The notes beneath the pieces are model-generated. The model had not been told where the DNA came from, did no database searches, and saw only the letters and a program-made list of their open reading frames with translations. Positions 35,201-49,210 of a stretch of DNA of 64,000 bases are shown in pieces. Positions within the stretch are counted from its first letter, which is position 1, and each line of letters starts with the position of its first letter. The stretch spans positions 65,100,001-65,164,000 of the forward strand of contig OX597824.1 of the NCBI GenBank assembly GCA_951406725.2, written 5' to 3'. This DNA is from Octopus vulgaris. Taxonomy: Eukaryota. Made by a program: the position numbers and the translations under genes.

Positions 35201-38200
35201 AGTAATGGGTCAATAGATGTAATAAATATATTAGAATTACTTACAACTAAAATCAAAAGCCATGAATGTAAGCCGAATCTCTTCATTTTCATCTCTTGCA
35301 GCCATCTTTGGTGTCATGGCTTTTATGAAGCTTTCTAAGGTTAAACCTGTAGAATGAAATACATGTAAATGCATCATCATTACCATCATCATCATCACCA
35401 CTCCAATCGTCATCATTACAAACATTTGTCATCACCATCAACTTTGTTGCTATCTTCAGAAACGTCATAAGAAAATGTGTCATTAACAAATTCTACCTGA
35501 CGCCAGCAAGAATAGAAAAGTGGACAGTAAAACAATATCCATCCCGTCCTATCTACGCAGACATGACAGAAGTAAATAGACACCCCATAAAACATCATTT
35601 TATGTTTATTCTAAATTGTAAAAGTTTATATTTTTTATTAATGGACATTTTTATGTTTCAAGTTCTATATGTGACTGTTAAACCATGTCATGTACAAAAG
35701 AAGCCTTGGAACTGTCTGAATTCCAAAGGGGCCATATTGTGGGTCAAACTGAAGGTAGACATAGCATAAAATCGCAGCGAACCTTGGGATCCCACTTTCT
35801 ACAATTAATAGAGTGATTGTGCAATTCACCAGAGAGGGAAAGGAGTCTACATTATCTTGCCCAGGGCTCTCTGACAGGACCCTTCTCTTTGTTAAGAGAA
35901 GTGTAGAGGATAATCCTCATTGCAAGGCCTCTGACATAGCAGAACACATTGATGTCAGTCCCAGGACAGCTGTCAGGTTTCTCTACAAACATGGCTACTA
36001 TGGCAGAGCAGCAAGTAGGAAGCCACTTCTTTGACCAGCCAATATCAAATGGAGAAAAGATTGGGCCAGTGAGATGGTGAAGAGGCTACTAGCATTTTGG
36101 GACACTGTCATATTCTCCGATGAGTCCAGATTTGCTGTATTTTCTGACAATGGTCAAGTGTGGATCTGGAGACTCTGTGATCAAGAATTTGATGTGAAAA
36201 GATTGCAGCCAACATGGCTGCTATTCTGTGAAGGTCTGTGGAGAAATTTGGAGCAATGGTCAGTCAGGGCTGGTGGAGTGTGAGGGAAACATAAACACAA
36301 ATAAATACATGTCCATATTGCAGAAAGGACTCCTTCCCATCTTCTCCAGGGGTGAAATGCTTAAAGAAGACTTTTTATTTATAGAAGATGGGGCTCCTTG
36401 TCACACGGCTGAAATGACCCAAGATTTGTTGGATGAGAATGGCACTAAAAAGCTTCCTTGGCCAAGCCAGTAACCAGATATGAACCCTATTGAACACCTC
36501 TGGGACATAATGAACAGGACAAAAACAAGAAAGCATCTTCGAAGCCAGATCTTTTGAGATTACTGCATGAAACTTGGCAAGAAATTCCTCAAGGGAATAT
36601 TCAACTGATCATGTAAAATGACTGCTATCAAGCCAGTTAAATGACTGCTGTCAAGCCAGATAAGGCGGTGAGTTGGTAGAATCATTAGCACATCAGGCAA
36701 AATGCTTAGCAGCATTTCATCCATCTGCATGCCCTGAGTTCAAATTCCACCGAGGTGAACTTCGCCTTTTATCATTTTGGGGTCAATAAAATATGTACCA
36801 GTTGAACATTGGGGTCAATGTAATCGACTTATCACCACCACCACCCTCAAAATTGATGGCCTTGTGCCAAAATTTGAAACCAATATTATCAAGCAAATTA
36901 ACTGACTTTTAAAAGAAATAACCAAAATTATTATGATGGTAAACTGAAATTGAATTTAGCCCTTTCGTTACCAACCTGGCTGAAACCAGCTCTGGCTCTG
37001 TAGTACAAATGTCTTGTTTTCATAAGTTTCGAATTAAAATCTTCCACTAAAGCTTAGTCATAATTAATGTTCCTTACACTAGCTTAATGATAACTGAGTT
37101 ATTTTACTAAATTATTTGTTATATTTAAAGTAATTGAGAGAAACACAGAGCATCTCAAGATAAATACAGTAATGAAAGGGTTAAATTCATTCTAGAAAAC
37201 ATGAAAACGTTCTAAAACTACTTTATGTTTTCCAGATAAATATTATTAAACTTACCCATTTCTTCATTGAATTCATCAGAATAGGCTTGCATTATTCTAT
37301 CAGTTTCATACTACAAATAAATAAATATATCATCTTCATTGTCATTGTTGTCATCGTCATCATCATCTTTGTTTTACATTCACTTTCCATGCTGGCATGG
37401 GTTGGATGAGTCGCCATATTCAGAGTCAACTCACAATCTCAGGTACTGCTCATTTAGACAGATCAGAGGACCACATCTCACTCATGTGTTTTATTTTTGG
37501 CATGGTTTCAACAACTGCATGTTCTTCTTGAAGCCAGCCACTTTACAGAGTGTACTGGGTTCACCACTGGGAAGATATCATATCCTCAACAAAACTAAAG
37601 GGTCCCCTTGACTTTACAGAGTGTACTGAGTGGATTTTTTTGTGACACCATTACTACAGAAGTAGCCAGGTCCAGTGGAAGGCACAAACAATAAGACAGA
37701 AACATGAATGATAGTGGTAAGTCATAAGAGGGACAAGTATTGAGGATACTCAGTATTCTGAAACAAGTACAAAGTAATGTGAGCAAGAAGATAGGATGAT
37801 AACAGGAGCAATGTGACCCAAGAGACAGAGGGAGGATAGAAGGTGAGTCAGGGTGTAGAGGTGATGGAAAGAAGCAACATTATAATGGCAGATAGAGGAG
37901 GAGAAGGAGCAGAAGAAGAAGAAGATAGAATAAGAGTTAGTGTATGAGCTGGTAAAAAGAAGCAAGACTATAATAGCAGGTAAAGTGAATGGGGGAGATG
38001 ACTGGTAGTACAGGATAGGATGATGAGGGTGAAGGTGAATTGTACTGGGTACAATAAATCCAATGTAATATGGTCTATTAAGGACAAGAATGGTTGAATA
38101 GTGAGAATAGTGGTAGGACAACAGGAAGTAGGTAGGTCTCATACCAATGGAACAGGAAAATGATGTGAGAGTGTCAAGGTGCAGGACAGACAATAATAGT

Positions 38201-40394
38201 GGACTTGATGATAAATACACCTACACACACAAACATGAATGTGTGGGTGTGAGTGGCTATGTGATAAAAAGCTTGCTTCCTAACTGCATGGTTCCAGGTT
38301 CAATCCAAGTCAAAGCCTTATGAGTAGATTTGGTTGTTGGAAACTAAAAATAGCCTGTTGTATATAATGCACTTGTGTGCACATGAGTATGTATTATTTT
38401 CTCTGTCATGCAAGAGAACATCCTTTGTGCCTAATCTTCCATTAAAAACATGTCTTGGAAACATGTGAAAGGTTGGCAACAAGAATGGCAATTTGAATGT
38501 AGAAAATGTACCTCAACAAAATTCTGTCTGCCCTATGTCAACATGGAAAAATGAACATTAAAATGATGATGATGGTGTGAAAATTTTAAAATTTGACACA
38601 TTAATGTACTTTTCCAAGTTGAATTACTGGAGATATTGCACTTTTTACAGAAAAGTGTTTTTAAAAAGTTATAGAGGTTTAAAGTTTGATAATTTTCACC
38701 CAGTTAGGAAACAGGATTTGGAAGCTGTCATTTTGTGCGTAATAGCACGTCTTATCAATATTTGTATTCTATATGTGGAAAACGAGTAAACAACACGTCT
38801 TTTGTAATTCGAAGTATTCAATATGCATTTAATGTGATAGCACAAACTTAAAAATTTATCCAAAAACGTTATTTAGCTGTTATTTTTAGTACACCTCACA
38901 ACCACCTCAATGACAAAAAGAACAGGTAAACAACATGTCTTTTGTAGTTTTAAGCCTTTAATGCATTTAATGCGATAGCACAAACTTAAAAGATTTATCT
39001 AAAAACAAAATAGCACGTTACAAATTAAATATTTTTAAACATTTTGTTGACCAGTTCATTGAAAACAAAAGTTAGAAATGCATTCAATCAATTTCTCAAA
39101 AAAATCACAATTTTCATATTTCCTGCACCACATAAACTCACATGTTCAATTGTCAACAGACAAGTAAAAACAAGTGGTTTCAATATATTTGTCGACACAT
39201 GTATTCTCGCAGACAAAAGAGTTCTCATGTTTCGTTTGTTACTATGGAAACAGGCATGAATGTGTCTGTGGCCCCAAAATTTTAAAACTTTAATTGCTAA
39301 TAACTTTTTATTTATTGATTTATGGCAAAAATGATTTTCATGTCATTCATTAGCCTATAAAAGTACATCATTACACAACAGAAATTGATGCCAGCAGTCA
39401 AAAGGAAAAGTTTCCAAAACTGTAATAGTTTAGAATTAATTTTAAATGTTAAGAATTAATTTAAAAAATCACCTTCGAAGGTTTGTATCCAAAAAGACAT
39501 AGAATGCTCATTTTTATATCTTCTCGAGATAAATACTTTTTATTGCCTTCGTCAAATTCTTTAAATACCTGTAAGGGAAGAAAATGAAAAATTATAAATT
39601 ATTTTAGACTATGATTAAAGAAACAAGATAACAAATAGTTAGAGACTTGAAACCGCTGGTAGATAAATTGTCTTTTGATTCTCTTCAGACAGAGCTTATA
39701 ATCATTTATAATCGGCAGCAGCTACAAAATAACTCAATAACTAGGAATTTGAGGTAAGCCCGAAACACTCGGCCCTTGAGTTTCTTTGCATCTCCTGCCG
39801 ATTAAAAATAAATACACTCACATGAGTGTATTTGAGTATTTATCCAGTTTGTATAATATGCCATACCTCCAGATGCGTGCCCCACCGATTTGTTGCCTCA
39901 TAACTTCCAGGAAAATGGATATTTTTTAATGAAAATTTTAAAGAATACTCTTCAGTCGGTGTACATACTAATTATAATAGAATATGTGGTGTAAAAACTT
40001 TTTCTGGGGGTTGGGTGAGGAGTTTCGGAAAATTCCCGTGAGACGGCTTTCTTTACTTATAACTTCCAGGAAAAAATAGGTAATTTTTTATGAAATTTTC
40101 TATAAATACCTTTCAGTGAGTAGATTACGGTTATATCGGAATTTAATATGAGGGGGGGGGATCGTACACATACAAAATTGTCATTAAAAAATATCCCTTT
40201 TTCTGAAAGTTATAAGGAAACAAAGCCAACTCGTGTGAATTTTCTGAAAATCCTCTTTCCACAACAAATTCCGATATAATTGGAATCTATACAATCTGAA
40301 GCATATTTATAGAAAATTTAATTTAAAATATATCCATTTTTCTGAAAGTTATGAAGAAACAAAATCGGGCAGTGGAGGCAAATGTGTAGGAATG

Positions 40395-40425
<31 letters not shown>

Positions 40426-40836
40426 ATGTATTTATATTTATATTAGTTAATTCTAAAATTCAAAGAGAGTCCCTTCTCTAAAACTCAAAACTTTGCCAAT
40501 GACAAAATTTAAAAGGACGAAGCTTCATCTTTTCCGCCCTCCACTTGTTACCTTCACCTGTTTATCTAACACTTGTTCCTCAATTTTGAAAAATCGTGAT
40601 ATAAACAACCCTGAAAGTTTATATATTTGTATATATTTTGGTACAAATAAAAGTTGGATCTCAAAAGATTCTCACAGAATTAGTAAACACTTTACAGATT
40701 CTTCGTTGGAATTTTACCAACTGTTGCTATGGATACTTACATTGCGCAGTAAACTAATATCTTCAGCTTGTAATGTTCGCTTTATTAATCGATAACCTGT
40801 GTTAGGTGCTAAGGTAAAGTCCCGTGAAACATCCAT
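29213..40836 (-). CDS. EFCAB11: EF-hand calcium-binding domain protein 11-like, spliced gene (6 coding exons, 174 aa)
   Basis: Exons 40836-40741, 39568-39473, 37310-37256, 35346-35245, 33049-32959 and 29297-29213 join in frame (525 nt). Motifs [17 protein letters not shown]...[33 protein letters not shown] and [15 protein letters not shown] match EFCAB11 as recalled. Confidence 0.9.
29709..30750 (+). mobile_element. Helentron-associated (HINE/DINE-1-like) non-autonomous element
   Basis: Sub-terminal inverted repeats acctccac / gtggaggt, (gttt)n after the 5' end, terminal gcgctctctgaatgt hairpin, internal 40-bp direct repeat at 29855 and 30534. Confidence 0.55.
30767..32140 (+). repeat. Head-to-tail run of about 7 diverged SINE copies separated by (ATT)n tails
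   Basis: aagRYggcRagctggcagaat...ctgagttcaaattc...tttgaaaccattattatt recurs at about 30767, 30940, 31163, 31352, 31488, 31691 and 31896. Confidence 0.85.
32352..32851. repeat. Perfect 111-bp direct duplication (32352-32462 and 32741-32851)
   Basis: The two copies are base-identical by eye from tgcttttgatgg to tgtatgctatg. Confidence 0.95.
32959..33049 (-). CDS. EFCAB11: EFCAB11 exon 5
   Basis: ttttag| acceptor, AG|gtgaat donor; [30 protein letters not shown]. Confidence 0.92.
34890..35119 (-). mobile_element. Young SINE with 16-bp target-site duplication
   Basis: tagacaacagaatatc at 34874-34889 and 35120-35135; CpG-rich body. Confidence 0.92.
35245..35346 (-). CDS. EFCAB11: EFCAB11 exon 4
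   Basis: ctacag| acceptor, T|gtaagt donor; [34 protein letters not shown]. Confidence 0.9.
35556..36620 (+). mobile_element. Tc1 (DD34E) transposon, frameshifted, 3' end lost
   Basis: [16 protein letters not shown] and P(*)[10 protein letters not shown] with 34 residues between D and E; left end TA|CGCAGACATGACAGAAG. Confidence 0.9.
36662..36885 (+). mobile_element. tRNA-derived SINE
   Basis: Full-length copy of the family arrayed at 30767-32140. Confidence 0.85.
37256..37310 (-). CDS. EFCAB11: EFCAB11 exon 3
   Basis: ttgtag| acceptor, G|gtaagt donor; [18 protein letters not shown]; phases 0/1 fit. Confidence 0.8.
39473..39568 (-). CDS. EFCAB11: EFCAB11 exon 2 (EF-hand 1)
   Basis: ttacag| acceptor, AAG|gtgatt donor; [32 protein letters not shown]. 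Confidence 0.92.
39870..40390. mobile_element. Foldback/MITE-like element with duplicated sub-terminal inverted blocks
   Basis: ataacttccaggaaaa..gata at 39900 and 40060; inverted tatcc..ttttctgaaagttat at about 40193 and 40331. Confidence 0.6.
40723..40736. promoter_or_regulatory. Candidate RFX X-box near the EFCAB11 5' end
   Basis: GTTGCTATGGATAC fits the X-box pattern GTTRCYATGGHWAC; it abuts the donor of coding exon 1. Confidence 0.4.
40741..40836 (-). CDS. EFCAB11: EFCAB11 coding exon 1 (MDVSRDFTL...SLLRN)
   Basis: ATG at 40836, 32 codons, donor AAT|gtaagt. A poly-T/cag acceptor 4 nt upstream suggests a further 5' non-coding exon. Confidence 0.7.
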
Positions 40837-42859
40837 GTATCTGAGTAAAAAAAAAATGAATCGGGAAAAGGAAAATAATCAAATATTTGGTTATTAGTTT
40901 TCTTTGTGTTGTAAATGAGATAATTTTGTTCGTGAGAACTTTCAAGGGAGAGAACTCATCTAGTAAATCGGGTATAACTGGTTACGTAAAGAACTGTTCT
41001 CGAGGTTTCTCACAGCTTTTATCTTTTACTTGTTTCAGTCATTTGACTGCGGCCACGCTGGAGCACCGCCTTGAAGGGTTTTAGTCGAACAAATCCATCC
41101 CAGGACTTATTTTTTTAAAGCCTGGTACTTATTCTATCGGATTTTTCTGCCAAACCGCGAGGTTATGGGGACGCAAACACACCAACACCGATAGTGGGAG
41201 GACAAACACACACACACACACACATATATATGTATGTATGCCTATATGTATGTATCATCAGTGAATCATAAAGCCGAAAAAGAAGTACACTCTAAGCTAT
41301 AGAGCAGTAGAGTAATTAGATAAAGATAGTTATGGCCAGTCTATGGGGTTACCCTGGATTTCATGTTCATAAAGCACATGGCTTTACAGAGTCTTTTCAG
41401 ACCCTAATTACCGATGGCGTATAACCTCTCTCCAAAGAGGAGAAAGAAGAGACGTTGTGGATAGGTCTTGAACACACGGACAAATGAGACAGGTTAAGCG
41501 CAAGGGATCGTCTCTCCTTATACCACTTTCTCTAATCGACCTGGTCAGCTTGTGAGTCCCAGGACTTCAGTAGGAATATTCTGAAGTGTAAGCAGGGTCC
41601 AAAAAGGTCATGGAATTCAAGAAGTTCTCCGAGTCAAGGGAGTTCTTTAATATTCTCGCTCATTTATCTATGCACAGCTTCCAATGCTTGCTTCCATTGA
41701 TGTAGTGGCCTGGTTTTTCTAGGATCTTCCACGAGATTACATGTGAAGAACCTTCGTCCTTCAGGCACCACTCATAACTGGCCAAGTACACAGTGTATTG
41801 TCAAGGACATGGCATATCATCAAGGACGTAACAATATGCTATGTCCTTTGCCAGTGACTTATTGCCATTGGATGTAGAAAAATGAACACAATTCAAATAC
41901 CTAACTAAATGCTATTCTCCACTTCTTCTCTAGCCCCAAATCAACTCTGATAAAGTAGACATTATCAAAGGCAAGGCTATGTATGATTACTTTATTTAAT
42001 GTGTCCTCCCCATGTTTGAGACAGTAGTGTGTTATTTAAGGGAAATTTTCTTCCCTGTTCTGCTTCTGGTTATCTCTATGTAAATTAACAGTTATTAACA
42101 GTCATATTGGCATTTAATAGGACTAGTAGAAGAGGACATATTAAGCAACCTTTTGGGATTCTAAAGCATTCACCCTGAGAGTACCTCTCAAGTAGGTACA
42201 TGATACTTAAAAGTACACATATAGCAGAGGAGAATTGTCTGGAATGGATGCTAGAGCCATCAGATCATATGATTTCAGCACACTGTGCTTCCTCAGTGGT
42301 AGGTGCCGAGTTTGGGATTCTGGAAATCATAAAATAGTTAAATAGGGGCTTACTTTTATATATTTTTATTGGCATAACTGCTGAAATCAATTCTGATTTA
42401 TAAAAACTTTATCAATATAAAATTGTAGGTGAGAATTAGGTGAAGAAAGAAAAAGCAATTTGCCCTTACTTTAACCACAGGAGAAAGAGGCACCAGGTCA
42501 CATTGCAAAAGAAGACTGCTGCACACAAAGGCCATTCACTGGCAACATGTTTCCAACAACATAAAAAAGGTCCCCTATATACAACTAATATCACCATTCT
42601 CCATCTCACCCACTATCTCATAACATCACATGCTTCTCTGAACTTAAGATTACTTCATGCACTAAAAACTGCTACACACACAAACCTGGAAAATCTACAA
42701 ACTAAACACGCCCTCCTCCTCCCAACTTATTTCTATCTATTTGCAAGTGAAAAATCTAGCCTAAACCCCTCTTCCCTCAATATCTCATTGTCACTCATCC
42801 AGAAAGGTAGATGCCACTCCCTCTGCAACCTTCACAGAATGCAGTACTGGTCTTGGATT

Positions 42860-44170
42860 CTTCTCATCTGTCATCATTAGCTTCATCATCTAATGTACTG
42901 ATCACTTTATGGATATCCAATATGTGACACAAATCCTCTCAACAAAAATGTTATTCTGAGAATTAGCATCAGTTGCTCTTCCCTTCTACAGGGATGGTGT
43001 CCCCATGGGGGTAAGGAAGGATGACTGATGCTAATTTCATCTCTGATCTTAACAGATGCAAGACCTTCCTCTCCTGCAATACCTGCTGGTACTGTACTTG
43101 GATGTGTGGTACAATACCACTCAGGCTAGAACACAGCTCTCTGGGGTATCAACTCCTCTGCTCAGCCTGATCAAGGTGACATGTATCAGAAAACTGCCTC
43201 TATCAGGGAAATACACTGTTTTGACAATGGCTTTGATTGTTCGATGGTGTCTCTCTATGATTCCCTTTCTGTCTGACCTATATGCAACTCTAAAGTAATG
43301 TCTGACCTTCCACTTGCCCAGCATCTCTGAAAGAAATGCAGGACCATTGTCCACCAGTAGCCCATCCACTGAAACCCTTTCTCTAAAAGTATCTCATTCA
43401 GAACTCTAGTAATTTCAGCTGCAACCTCTACCTTACACTTCATATTGCTACTTGCCCAGACCCAGTCAATCATGGTGAGGTACAAGTCTTGCTGATAGTG
43501 GCATATCCACTATCAACTGCTTCACCTTCAAATCTCATGCACACTTGGAGTAAGGTCAATCGACTGTCACTGCTTCTAGACTTCCCTAGTGACACTAATG
43601 TCAACCTTTCTGGTCAAAAATAATCTTCTATCCACCTGCTAGCATACTATAATCACTCCCCTCTCTAAATCCTTTGGAACCCCAATCCAGGTATTCCTTG
43701 CCCTAGTAAGAACATCTGCCTTATTTTCTCTGAGAGAACAAGGACTACTTGCAGCTGCAGATCACTTTTTTATTAATTCTCCTAGGATCACTTGACAATA
43801 ATCACTGTAACTCCCTTGGTTTGGATTCTCTTTTCACAGGTAATTACTACCCAAACAAAGTAGCTGAATCAGTTTGAATTTAGACATCACACAACCCCAA
43901 AGCTAAATTTATTTATTTATTTCCTTGAACATAATATCCATTTCAGCTGTATTGATATGGTTGCAGTTATCTTTTTTAAACCAGGATGCATCCTCTGCCT
44001 CAACTTCTCCAAATTCCAGGATAACTATCACTATGCTACTGGCATCACACCATATAATATCCCTCTCTGACTTAAGCATATACCAATTTGCTTTCACTGG
44101 ATCCCCTTTTCTCACTCTCTGCAAAGTATTCTTCTTCATTGAAACTGTCCTGTCAATGGGCTTCTAAGTT
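42860..44170 (-). mobile_element. LTR retrotransposon (Gypsy-like) pol remnant: RNase H followed by integrase
   Basis: IIWCDASS...HINTAEMD and TDSAT (RNase H); YLTMID, LLVDNGPAF and GIIERHHRTIK (integrase); many frameshifts. Confidence 0.75.
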
Positions 44171-45899
44171 TTATTTATTGTTTACCAGCTGTTCATTGAT
44201 TATGATTTTCTGAGAAAAATAAATTTTAGGAAATTTATTTCCCTTGGAGTTGGTCGATGATCTGTCAGTGTAATTTAACATGTTGGGTATTATAAGGTAA
44301 CTAAAGATGGATAGGATATCAAAGTATACCTGACATTTGATATTTGAGTTAACATTGTGATAGAAAAAGTTTTCAAAACAACCTTGCAAACTGACCTGTC
44401 CATTTTAGTTTTTCTGTATACAGTAATCTTGAAGGAAATTGGCTGATTCTTAAGTTTAGGACTTCACTTTGACTTCTGTTAATCAGCTGCTAATATCATT
44501 TTGTTTGTAATAGGCTTGAATATTTTAATAAAATTTTGCAGAGATACGTTTTTGAGAGCACAGAACATGTTAATAACATTTTTGATATAACAGATTATTC
44601 TTCCTTCCGCTGAGTTTGTTTCCACATAACTTTTCAACATTTGACAGAAATATTTTTTTTAGTGTAGATTACATAATGCTGATAGCACCAAACATCTTGA
44701 CTACTGTAGGTCCGAGAGCACAACAAAGAATAAAGTGGGGAAAAAGTGCTGGAAGGGCAAAATTAGGGAGAAAATGAAGTGAGTAAATTAACAAAAAGAA
44801 TGCAATGCAGAAAATAAAATAAAGTGGGAGAGAAAAATAAAGAGAGAATCTGTTGTGGGTTAGTGAGTGGATATATGAGAAAGAACAAATGAGTGTTAAT
44901 ACAAGATAGTATGTGATAAAACTAAATAGGTTAGAAAAGAGAGGAAGAAAAAGGAATACTAAACTGTGACACAAATCTTTTGTTATAAAGAACAAAATAA
45001 CGATACAGCTGTTAATATTTGGGCAATCATTTTTATCTTCAATTGAAGGCTAGATAGCTTTGTTAATTGGGATCCACAATAAGGGAGAAGTTAGCATGGT
45101 GCAATATTATTATATACTTGGACATTTCACTTCTAATGGGAATGAATTTCTACAGATTTACTGAGGTGGGTGAAGGGACAAAGAATAAGTGAAATTGAGT
45201 GGATGAAAAATTATTTTACCTTGTAATCATTTATAGATTTTTTTTTTTTACTTTTGCTTGTTTCAGCTAGAGTGTGACCATGTTAGAATACAGTCATTAT
45301 CAATTTAATCATTATTTCAGCATTATTACAATCATCATCATTATTGTTAGCAAGCATCGTTATTAAAAAATTTTTTTATTATTATATTCATCATCACAAC
45401 TTAAAATACTGTTTCTTTCCTTTAAAACCCAACTATTATTTTTATAATTATTATTGTATTTAAATAAAAAAAAAGAATTAGCAGAATCGTTTGTCTGACA
45501 AAATATGTACCCACCCACACACACACGCCCATTTCATTTCCCTTGAGATTACATTTGACTTTCTTCCTTCTACAAAATGGTAAAATAAAGTAGTCAAGTA
45601 CTTTGGTTGACGTTTTAACTGATCTGTCTTCCAGAATTGTGGCTTTATACCCATGTTAGAAATTACATCATATTTCCTTCCTTGATTTTAAAATCTCGTG
45701 CTTAGGTGCAGGTATGGCTGAGAAGCTTACTTCCCTACAAAATGATTCAGTTCTACAATATAGCCACTTTGGGTAATATCTTCTATATCCCAAGGCCAGC
45801 TGAAGCCTTATGAGTGGATTTGTTAGGCAGAAACTGAAAGAAGTCATATGCATGTGTGTGTCTATGTGAAAAAATATATGGATAGACTGTAACTATGAT

Positions 45900-46667
45900 T
45901 TTACAAGTTTTCCACAAGCAAAAAGTCTACATCAAATTTAGAAAGATATTGTGACACTTGCAAATAATGTAAGGTTTGTAGAAGTTATAGACATTGGTAT
46001 GGTTGAATTACTTGTGTCCAACACGGAAAGTTTATCTAATGAAGAGCTGATAGTGTAAGAACATGAGAAAGCTGAGAATACAGAAATTCCACCAAATCCA
46101 CTTAAATTCACTGTAAAGGGTTGGCAATTAGAGAGGAAAGTCTGCAAATTTTTGCCAACAACCCTATTTGTGAATATAACCTAAAAATTACAAGCAGAGT
46201 TTACAAAGAACTCCATTCTTACATCAAGTTATACAAAGAAATCACATGCCATAAACACCAAATAATTTTGGATAACTCCTTGCCCCTCAAGTAGATGTTG
46301 ATAACTTTATAGCATAGAAAAGTGTCCCTCATCCTCCCATTATCTCTCATTCCACCACCATCCTTCACATGCTAGTCAACATATCAACAACTTTTGTGGT
46401 AAGAATATACCCTATAATGATATTGCAATTATTATTTATTCCCTAACATATTTCTCTTCAAGTGTTTTTTAATATATACATATTGTACTATGACTGTTAC
46501 TTTCATGCATAAAAGTGATCACGTTGGTTTTTGTTTTATTTTCATAAAAATTCCGTCAGAAAGCATTATCACTTTATATGGAAATCAATGGGAAACTAAA
46601 GCTTGTATTATGGATTTTGTGTTATGCCAGGTGTTTCAGGAACACATTACTTTCATAATACAGAGGA
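45900..46667 (+). mobile_element. pogo/Tigger-like transposon 3' remnant
   Basis: IVTLANNVRFVEV...VELLVSNTESLSNEELI resembles the Tigger C-terminal region. Confidence 0.45.
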
Positions 46668-47814
46668 TGTGTGTGTGTGTGTGTGTGCGCGCACGCGCGC
46701 ATGTGTGTTAGTGTCTCCTTATCACATCATGTGCTAATTTTAAATGAAAGTGGCCATCATACAAGAAATGTCATTCGTTTGTAATCTTCCACGAAAACAT
46801 GTTCAACCTTTGTGCTGCTCGTTTGATTGACAAGAGCACTTGGAAATAGGAGTGGGTTACCAAAGGAAGTGCATCTGGCAATAGAAAATTTGTCTCAACA
46901 AATTTCAATTTGACCCATGGAAGCATGGATGCTAAAACGATGACAATATAATCATCCAACACATAATCATACAACTTGATGCTCCGGTAACTACACTTTC
47001 ATATGGAATTTTAAGGGGTTTAAATCACTGTCTTAAATTCTTAGCACGTGACTGATAACATCTGGCAGTGACAGCTAAATATATACATGACAAAAAGCAG
47101 TGGATACTATTGACTAATGACCAGTCTTATGAACTGTATGAATATGATCAAGTATTTTAGTTAGTCAACAATAGCATATTTGGACTAAGTAAAAACTAAA
47201 CAATAAGTAAGCAGACTATTTTTTCCAATGGTCCTGGGTATAATTCCAGAAGATTTCAATTTAAGGGAAGAATGAGCAACAACGGTAGAGTACTGGATTA
47301 AACACTTCTCAGTATTACATTTTGTTATTGTACTTCCTGAGATAAAAAACTGCCAGGACCAACTTCATCTTTTATACATGTTTGATCTGATAAAATACAT
47401 ACCATGAATAAACTGAAGTTAATTTAATTAGCAATACCCCTCCCACATAAAAACACTGACTTTGTACCAAATGAAAAGAAATTTTTCTCATATTATCAAA
47501 TTCATTAAAATGATATTTTTCAGGTTGAACATACACTAAAACAACATATTTATTCACAGAAAATTACAGTGGCCCATTTCATACAGTCATTAACTGAGAA
47601 TATGACAAAGAATTAGTAGAGAAAAAGATGAAATAACACAACATAGATTCTAAATAGGTGCAAAAATAGACTGGAAAATTATATTCGCAGATCATCAATA
47701 TAACTGTGAATTCAATTAAATCTAAACAGACACACAGACACACACACAAAAGAAAAAAATACAGCGTTCTCACATGGATTGCTAACTAATTTCTGAAAAT
47801 CTATGGGCCAAAAT

Positions 47815-49210
<1,396 letters not shown>

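Noticed and set aside
38785-39006. Two roughly 80-bp diverged direct repeats in EFCAB11 intron 2
   Set aside because: They look like internal repeats of an unclassified AT-rich element, with no coding or RNA motif.
42440-42880. 146-aa ORF on the plus strand
   Set aside because: No ATG start, no recognisable domain, no splice support, and it adjoins a decayed LTR element.
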